Below, one piece after another: positions 57,926 to 64,000 of a stretch of DNA of 64,000 bases. Source of the DNA: Ruminiclostridium sp. (GTDB taxonomy: Bacteria > Bacillota > Clostridia > Oscillospirales > Ruminococcaceae); NCBI GenBank assembly GCA_045602405.1, contig JAZSBN010000052.1, positions 6,193-70,192 on the forward strand, given 5' to 3'. The position numbers were made by a program, and so were the translations under genes. The notes under the pieces are model-generated. The model did not search any database and was not told the DNA's origin. It saw only the letters and a list, made by a program, of their open reading frames with translations. Within the stretch, counting starts at the first letter, position 1. Every line of letters starts with the position of its first letter.

Positions 57926-59584
57926 TTAGTCCCAATTCTCCTTACCGTCCCTGTGCTGTTTAAGGGCGGCGAAACGAAGCAGCTGCTTGCGTGAGGAAAT
58001 ACCAAGCTTGCTGTAGATATTCTTGTTGTGATACTTAAGGGTGTTTTCGGTAATGTGAAGCTGTTCCGCAATCTCCTTACCACTCTTACCCGAAAGATAA
58101 AGCTCGTAGATTCTGTATTCCGAAGGTGTCAGCATACCGAGATTTTCCACAAAGAAATTGTATTCCTCGGGGACAATCTCTTCTTTCCGCTTTTCAGCGA
58201 GACGCTCAATTTCACTTTTGGCAAGTTCATATTTTTCAGAAGCCTTTTCATATTCTTCTCTTGCCTTCTGTGCCTCTTCTTCGGCAAATTTTCTGGCGTT
58301 TTCAAGGTCTTCCAGCTGTTTTTCGTAATAGTTATCCTTTTCCTCGAGAAAAGCGAAAAGGTCGTCTATTTCACGGATGCGAAGCTGTTCGCCGTAGTTC
58401 TCCTTTGCTTTGACCTGCTCTATCTTTTTCAGAATCGGAGATACATATTTCTTACTCATAAAGATACAGCAGACGGCGGCAAGAAGAGCCGCAATCAGAA
58501 AAATCAGAAGAATGTTAAGCTGTCCCTTACGCAGAAAGCTTTCATACTGGTTTTTCTGAAGCATAACGGAAGTATGGAAAATTTCGTTGCCAAGAACGAT
58601 TTCCTTCGTAATTCCCACACATGTTTCATCTCCGAAATCAAAAAGCTGTGAGCCGTTTCTGTCCCTGATAATCAGTTTGTTATCCGTATTATTATAACGT
58701 CCCGAGCTGAACTGACCCGAGTAAAATCCGTTGTTTTCATCCAGAAGTCCACAGGTTTCGGTGCCCCACTGACCGTTTACCGATTTATGGGAAAGCTGGA
58801 ACAGCAGGTCGGTTATCTCAAAGCCGCAGACGCCTATGATAGCGTCTTTATAATCCCGTATGGGAACGTAAATATATCTTGCTCTTTCCCAGGTATCGGG
58901 AATTGGTACGGCAGGACTTAAAACATAGTGGATTCCGTCGGAAAAAAGCTCATCACAGTTTCCGAAAAAATCGGTACTGCTTTCGTTTCTCCAGCCGCTG
59001 TGGAAGTTGATTCCTCTGCTTTTCCCTGTGGAGAAGGAGCCTCTGTAAATCGAGAAATCATTGTTTACGGTGTTCTCGGAATAAAGATTGATATATTTGA
59101 GATAAATTCCGCTGTAAAACGGGGTTTCAGAATTACTGTTTGCAGTAGTATCAAGAATGTAAAATGCGCCGCTTGCGGGAGCAACCTGCATATTCAGATA
59201 GACATAAGCATAAAGCTTGTTCTGTAAGGCGTCGAGAGCTTCGGAATTATTTTTCAGTTCATCAAAGCTGATATTATTTTCGGCAAGATAATCTTTGATT
59301 GACTGTTCAAGCTGTTCCGAGAAGGATATCGCACAGGCCGCAAGCTCATCACAGTCATGTTCAACCCTCTCTGAACAGGCTGAAAGATGTGCATTAAGGT
59401 CGTTCATAATCTGCCTGTCGGTAGGATTAAGAACGCCGAACAGATTCAGCAGGATTACAATAACTGCAAGGAACAGACAGACTACGGAAAAGACATAAAA
59501 AACAAATCTTCTCCGCATTGACAGACCCTCTGCTCTCAGCTGTTTCACAAAGCTTTTTATGTCAGGATATTTCAGTATTTTCAT
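57926..59584 (-). CDS. Membrane-spanning sensor with C-terminal LuxR HTH
   Basis: 2 TM flanking an extracellular domain; coiled coil; LTPSEYRI...TLKYHNKNIYSKLGI. Confidence 0.88.
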   Translation of the reverse strand: MKILKYPDIKSFVKQLRAEGLSMRRRFVFYVFSVVCLFLAVIVILLNLFGVLNPTDRQIMNDLNAHLSACSERVEHDCDELAACAISFSEQLEQSIKDYLAENNISFDELKNNSEALDALQNKLYAYVYLNMQVAPASGAFYILDTTANSNSETPFYSGIYLKYINLYSENTVNNDFSIYRGSFSTGKSRGINFHSGWRNESSTDFFGNCDELFSDGIHYVLSPAVPIPDTWERARYIYVPIRDYKDAIIGVCGFEITDLLFQLSHKSVNGQWGTETCGLLDENNGFYSGQFSSGRYNNTDNKLIIRDRNGSQLFDFGDETCVGITKEIVLGNEIFHTSVMLQKNQYESFLRKGQLNILLIFLIAALLAAVCCIFMSKKYVSPILKKIEQVKAKENYGEQLRIREIDDLFAFLEEKDNYYEKQLEDLENARKFAEEEAQKAREEYEKASEKYELAKSEIERLAEKRKEEIVPEEYNFFVENLGMLTPSEYRIYELYLSGKSGKEIAEQLHITENTLKYHNKNIYSKLGISSRKQLLRFAALKQHRDGKENWD

Positions 59585-59594
59585 GGTCGTTTCC

Positions 59595-60965
59595 TCACAT
59601 ATCCTTATCGCAAAGCTTTTTCAGCTCATCAAGGGAAGAAGCCGCCAGCTCGTTCAATACCGAAATCCCGTCCTCGCCCTTCGCTGTCCGTTCAATATAC
59701 TGATTATGCGCGTACTTCAGCACCAGCTTTACGTTCTGCTCAAACCTGCTCTGAATATCGGAAGCGTTGCTGTATAAAGGCAGTGGATAAAGCTCGTAGC
59801 TTTCCATCATGCCATCCATGATTTCGTATAAGTTACGATATTTTTCCTTTCCCACAACCTTCGTATCAGAAAAAAGCGTCTCAAAAGCTTCATCCGTAAC
59901 CGGCAGATAGCCTGTGCTTGTAACAAAGCTCAGGTTATTTTCTTTCTCGATAAGCCATTTCGCAAAAATATATGCACCGTAATTCTTCCTTTCATCCTCG
60001 CTTTTTACAGCGAAAAGTCCCCCGCCCCTGTGTACCACGGAAGGCTTATCCTGAACAAAAAGCGGATATGGCAGTGAAATCGAAGTAATGCTTTCGGTTG
60101 TATTATCGGGATAGAAAACCATTTCAGGCTGATAAAGAATATCTGCGGTTGAGCCTATATTGGAGATAATTTCCACAGTTTTCCAACGCGAAGCCGCATA
60201 TCCGTCGTCAAGGCATATTCCGCCGAAGATTGCCGCTTTGCTTAAAGGATTCCACACTTTTTCAAAGGTCTCATCGTTTAAATTAAGCTTACCATTAACG
60301 ATAAATTCACTGCCGTAGGCCTTCATTCCGATATATGCATAATTGTAGAAATCGTTTATCTGAGTAAAATTCTGGCCCTCTGACCAGATATAATAGCTAT
60401 TCGCCGCTTCTAAAAAGCCTTCGACGGTCTTAAGCTTATCCGTCGATATCCCTGTATCGGTACTGAATCTGTCGAACAGGGTCTTATTAAGAAACAGAGC
60501 CTCGGAGGATTTCGCAATAGGAAGCATAAGCAGATTATCTCCGAAATATCCCTCAGAGATAAACTCATCTCTGAAAAGGGAAAGATCTTCCTCCGAAAAA
60601 TATTCATTCCAGCAAAGAAGCTTATCCTCTCCCACGATTTCCGCAACACGGGGATAGGCGGTGAACAGATCCGGCAGACTTTCTGTGCCCGGCTCACCAT
60701 TGGCCGAAGCGGAAAGAGCCTTATCTATCGCCGAGGAGCTCGTTACCGACACAACGTTTACTGTAACGCCCTTTTCTCTCCCTTCGGTATTGTTGAATTC
60801 GTCTATTGCGTCATTGAGAGGAGATTTAGTCTGACTTCCGTAAACATGCCATATTGTAAGTGTAACAGGATTATCGGCGTCAGGTTTTGTTTTATCCGAA
60901 CAGCCCGACAAGCAGGCTATCATTACTGCAAAAGCCAGAATTAAAGAAGCTGTTTTTTTCATCAT
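59595..60965 (-). CDS. Extracellular solute-binding lipoprotein
   Basis: Lipobox LSGC; LTIWH, PDLF.AYP, PIAKS, TGYLP. Confidence 0.85.
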   Translation of the reverse strand: MMKKTASLILAFAVMIACLSGCSDKTKPDADNPVTLTIWHVYGSQTKSPLNDAIDEFNNTEGREKGVTVNVVSVTSSSAIDKALSASANGEPGTESLPDLFTAYPRVAEIVGEDKLLCWNEYFSEEDLSLFRDEFISEGYFGDNLLMLPIAKSSEALFLNKTLFDRFSTDTGISTDKLKTVEGFLEAANSYYIWSEGQNFTQINDFYNYAYIGMKAYGSEFIVNGKLNLNDETFEKVWNPLSKAAIFGGICLDDGYAASRWKTVEIISNIGSTADILYQPEMVFYPDNTTESITSISLPYPLFVQDKPSVVHRGGGLFAVKSEDERKNYGAYIFAKWLIEKENNLSFVTSTGYLPVTDEAFETLFSDTKVVGKEKYRNLYEIMDGMMESYELYPLPLYSNASDIQSRFEQNVKLVLKYAHNQYIERTAKGEDGISVLNELAASSLDELKKLCDKDM

Positions 60966-61249
60966 ATATTCCCTTCCTGTACGGGCGGACTACCCGTATA
61001 TCTACTCATTTATGCGTATTTTTTCAGTCTTCCTACCCGTTTTTTATAATTCGGGTAGTGTAAAAATATATAAAATACATTATTATAGTATCTGCAAGGA
61101 TAGAAGAGAGTATATATCCTGCCTCGTTTCAGGTACTCTTGATGTTCCTGTGGGTGCGCCAACAGTCACAGGAACCGCCTGTCTAATAATTTTAGCATAT
61201 TGACCCTTTTAAGTCAAGATTGCTAAAAATCCGACAAAGGAGAAGAATC

Positions 61250-61708
61250 ATGAACTATACAGGAAAATGGACGCTTCATTCCGTAATGACTTTCGATGAT
61301 GATAATATGCCTGTTTATCTTACTCCACAGGAATATCTCGACTCTCCCATGCCTTATGTTGACGAAACAGATGAGGAAGAAGTAGCACATGAAATTCAGG
61401 AACGCAGAAAGATGCTCGGCACGTTTATAAAAATCTGCGAGGACGGAAAGCTTTATATGCTGACAGCTTTACCCGAGGATATTCCACAGGAGGAAGTGGA
61501 CAAAGCAGTTTCAGCAGGCATTATAAAACTTGTTGACGGAGCAATTGCCGACGACCCTATGAGCTGGGAGCTCCGCGACGGAGAGCTCTGGTTCGATACA
61601 GGTATCGAAGGCGAGGTCTACGAGGAAAAGGTCGACAGCTGGATAAAGCCGATTGACGAAAACGGCTTCTTTAACTTTATGAATTTCAGATTTATCAAGG
61701 AGGACTGA
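61250..61708 (+). CDS. Hypothetical acidic protein
   Basis: AAAGGAG before ATG 61250; first gene of a three-gene run. Confidence 0.75.
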   Translation: MNYTGKWTLHSVMTFDDDNMPVYLTPQEYLDSPMPYVDETDEEEVAHEIQERRKMLGTFIKICEDGKLYMLTALPEDIPQEEVDKAVSAGIIKLVDGAIADDPMSWELRDGELWFDTGIEGEVYEEKVDSWIKPIDENGFFNFMNFRFIKED

Positions 61709-61712
61709 AAAA

Positions 61713-62312
61713 ATGGGTTTATTTGATTCACTTATGAAATCAGCAGGAAACGCTATCAAGGCCGAAACCACCAAGACGGTAAACAACGCTGTTTCTTCTG
61801 TAGGAAAGGGCAGAAATTATTCAGAAAGCTTCACTTTCGCTTCTCTTCCCACTAATCTTGCTGAATTACAGGCTATGCCCGAGGCTTCTCTCGATTCCGC
61901 TTTCAAGACAACAGCCCTCACTATCGCTGTACTCTGTTCTTATGAGAAGAATCCCGACGGCTGTATCGAAATGCTGAATTTCCTTAAGGGGCCTGCTGAC
62001 GTAAGTACATACGAAAAGGGCTTTATCAAGGAGCGTCTTAACGGAAAATTCTATAAGACATTTTCCTTCTTCGATGGAGCAACTCCCGAAAACGGCTATA
62101 AGCCGAATACTCCCTATGTTATCAAGGTAAGCGAAAACCCATATTCCTTTGACGAGGAAAACTGGGCTACGCTTTACGTTACGAGCGGCGGAGCAGATAA
62201 TCCCCGTCCCATAAAGCTCAGAAAAAAGCCATCAACAGGCCAGTGGTTCCTGAACGATATCCAGTGCCTTGCGGATATCCGTATTCCTGTTGAAGAAGAC
62301 CCCTGGGCATAA
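61713..62312 (+). CDS. Conserved hypothetical protein (DUF6935-like, from memory)
   Basis: EMLNFLKGP, SGGAD.PR, KPSTGQWFL, DPW. Confidence 0.7.
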   Translation: MGLFDSLMKSAGNAIKAETTKTVNNAVSSVGKGRNYSESFTFASLPTNLAELQAMPEASLDSAFKTTALTIAVLCSYEKNPDGCIEMLNFLKGPADVSTYEKGFIKERLNGKFYKTFSFFDGATPENGYKPNTPYVIKVSENPYSFDEENWATLYVTSGGADNPRPIKLRKKPSTGQWFLNDIQCLADIRIPVEEDPWA

Positions 62313-62331
62313 TTTCAGGGAGAAGAATGTT

Positions 62332-63744
62332 ATGAAATATAGAAGAAAATGGGCGGCAGTTATTCTTGTCGGAATAATAACTGCTTCAATGTCTTCCTGT
62401 GGAGGCGGCAAGGCAGCCGAAAACACAGAAAGCGCCACAGAGGACATAGCGGTTACCGAAAAAACCACAACTGCCGCCAACGAAACAACTACCGCCGATA
62501 CAACAGAATCGGCAGTAACAGATATACCCGATACCGAAAAAACGGATTCCGACAGCGTTATTGTCTATTACGGCTGGGATATTGACGATATGGATTGTAC
62601 TGCCGAAATTTACTGTCCCGAGGGAGCGAAATTCGGCGACTACACCACAGAGGTTCAGGCAAACGACGGCTGGGTGCTGTCGGCGGACGTTTCGGATGAT
62701 GTAAAGGGATATTCCGCCTCAAGCAACAGCTATTGGCACCGCGACGCATATACAGACGGTGCAAACAGTCTTTCCATTCTCCAGCAGCTTTATTTCGAAG
62801 GCGGAATAGACGCCCAGACAGCGGAAGAATACAGCGGCTGTTCACAGAAGGTTACTCCTCTCGGCTTTAAATGGAAGGACATGGAGGTAATCCTCGTGGA
62901 AACGACCTACACCTTCATGGATTATTCCGAACAGACCGACCTTTTTGTAGGTGTTGAATACGACCTTAACTACTGGACAGTTGAAGAAGGAACAGGCGAA
63001 ACCGTTGACCGCACAACCAAGGGACTATTCGGCTTTGATGTTTTCTCCTACAACTGGGAAAAGCTGACTCAGGACCAGTGTGCATGGATTGCAGGCGAAC
63101 TTTTCGGCGTGGATTCAGGCGTTGAAAATCCTTTCGCTGATAACGGGGGCAGTTCCGACAACATGCCTGCCGACCTTGACCCTTCCGCGCTTATCGGTAC
63201 ATGGTCCGATGAGGATGCCGGCTGGGGCGATACATATTTCTTCGACAGCAACGGTTATGGCAGCTATACAAGCGGCTTTGAAACTACCTTTTCATATAGT
63301 GTTGAGGGAAATATTCTTACTGTTTTTTATGCAGAAGACGATATCGACATTTTTACTGCAAGAATTGACGGTGAAACCCTTATTCTTATTGACGAATACG
63401 AAGACGAACAGCGCTTTGAAAAGCAGGCGGATAACGCAGAAAACGGCAACGACAGCGAAGATGATTCCAACCCAAATGCTGATGCCATTATCGGCACCTG
63501 GAAGGAAAGCGAAACGGAAAATAATGAAACCCTCACATTCAATGCCGACGGCACAGGATACTGCAGTCGTTTAAGCGCTGACGGAAATTACGAATGTGGT
63601 TTCAGCTATAACTTTTTCAGAAGTGACTTTGTGGATATTTACTATGACGACGGTAATATAGACGGTTTCCTGATTTCTATCGAAGGCGATACAATGATGG
63701 TTAAGAATGATTTTGTAGAAAATCTGGTTTATACACGTCAGTAA
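62332..63744 (+). CDS. Acidic lipoprotein with two lipocalin-like repeats
   Basis: Lipobox MSSC; T/E-rich linker; LIGTWS...F..NG.G and IIGTWK...F..DG.G. Confidence 0.8.
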   Translation: MKYRRKWAAVILVGIITASMSSCGGGKAAENTESATEDIAVTEKTTTAANETTTADTTESAVTDIPDTEKTDSDSVIVYYGWDIDDMDCTAEIYCPEGAKFGDYTTEVQANDGWVLSADVSDDVKGYSASSNSYWHRDAYTDGANSLSILQQLYFEGGIDAQTAEEYSGCSQKVTPLGFKWKDMEVILVETTYTFMDYSEQTDLFVGVEYDLNYWTVEEGTGETVDRTTKGLFGFDVFSYNWEKLTQDQCAWIAGELFGVDSGVENPFADNGGSSDNMPADLDPSALIGTWSDEDAGWGDTYFFDSNGYGSYTSGFETTFSYSVEGNILTVFYAEDDIDIFTARIDGETLILIDEYEDEQRFEKQADNAENGNDSEDDSNPNADAIIGTWKESETENNETLTFNADGTGYCSRLSADGNYECGFSYNFFRSDFVDIYYDDGNIDGFLISIEGDTMMVKNDFVENLVYTRQ

Positions 63745-63757
63745 GCGATTAAAACAA

Positions 63758-63798
63758 ACAGGAGCGAAAGAGTCTGTCTCTTCCGCTCTTGTCTTTTT
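63758..63798 (+). terminator. Terminator
   Basis: ACAGGAGCG/CGCTCTTGT stem followed by CTTTTT. Confidence 0.65.
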
Positions 63799-64000
63799 GC
63801 CCGCAAATTGCTTTTACGCCCTCTTCAGACAAAATAATAACACCGACAGCATTAAACCATCGGTGCTAAAAATTCCAAAATTATAGTTGCTATAGGAACT
63901 ATATGCATTTCATCTGTGTCATTTCTGTGCTGACATAAAGGTGAATTTGTGGGAGGTACACAGGACAGGCGCAGATTTCCGCCTGTCTGTATCGGTTGCT

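Noticed and set aside
61140-61185. Resemblance to the ZTP riboswitch (GTGACT..GGCG; CCGCCTG)
   Set aside because: The two parts lie on opposite strands and the downstream genes are not purine/folate related
1490-63574. Numerous ORF-track entries antisense to or nested in clear genes (e.g. 3855-4616, 20100-20783, 22845-23756, 24273-25001, 37515-38210, 58028-58651)
   Set aside because: Shadow ORFs opposite well-supported genes; no recognisable motifs
63925-63990. T-box-like appearance (AATTTGTGGGAGGTACAC followed by a hairpin)
   Set aside because: Lacks the UGGNACC core and a recognisable stem I
1-64000. CRISPR array, tRNA/rRNA, transposase, integrase, prophage or defence genes
   Set aside because: No regularly spaced repeats, RNA gene signatures or such protein motifs seen by eye

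Overview
64 kb of core-plus-accessory chromosome from a spore-forming gut/rumen Firmicute. A Ruminococcus/Oscillospiraceae-like host is inferred from the spoVAC-D-E operon, an NPxTG-type anchor, and GH5/GH43/GH13 enzymes. About 55 genes are supported, including def, rlmD, spoVA, thiN, pyrB, metK, glgP, trpS and purC. A SAM-I riboswitch precedes metK and a cobalamin riboswitch heads an ECF operon. I saw no rRNA, tRNA, CRISPR array, transposase or phage genes. Most notable observations: (1) a B12-riboswitch operon encoding a membrane protein with transcobalamin-like alpha+beta architecture, a wall-anchored DUF4430-like protein and a tiny leading protein; (2) an aminotransferase-fold gene next to trpS that has lost the PLP lysine; (3) an unannotated 29-aa leader peptide plus terminator ahead of a serine hydrolase/ABC-2 exporter operon; (4) PyrB fused to only the Zn domain of PyrI; (5) a 315-bp hairpin-rich element with terminal inverted repeats; (6) an unannotated 58-aa small protein; (7) two solute-binding-protein/sensor pairs with no transporter. 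All family assignments come from motif recognition by eye; no database search was run.
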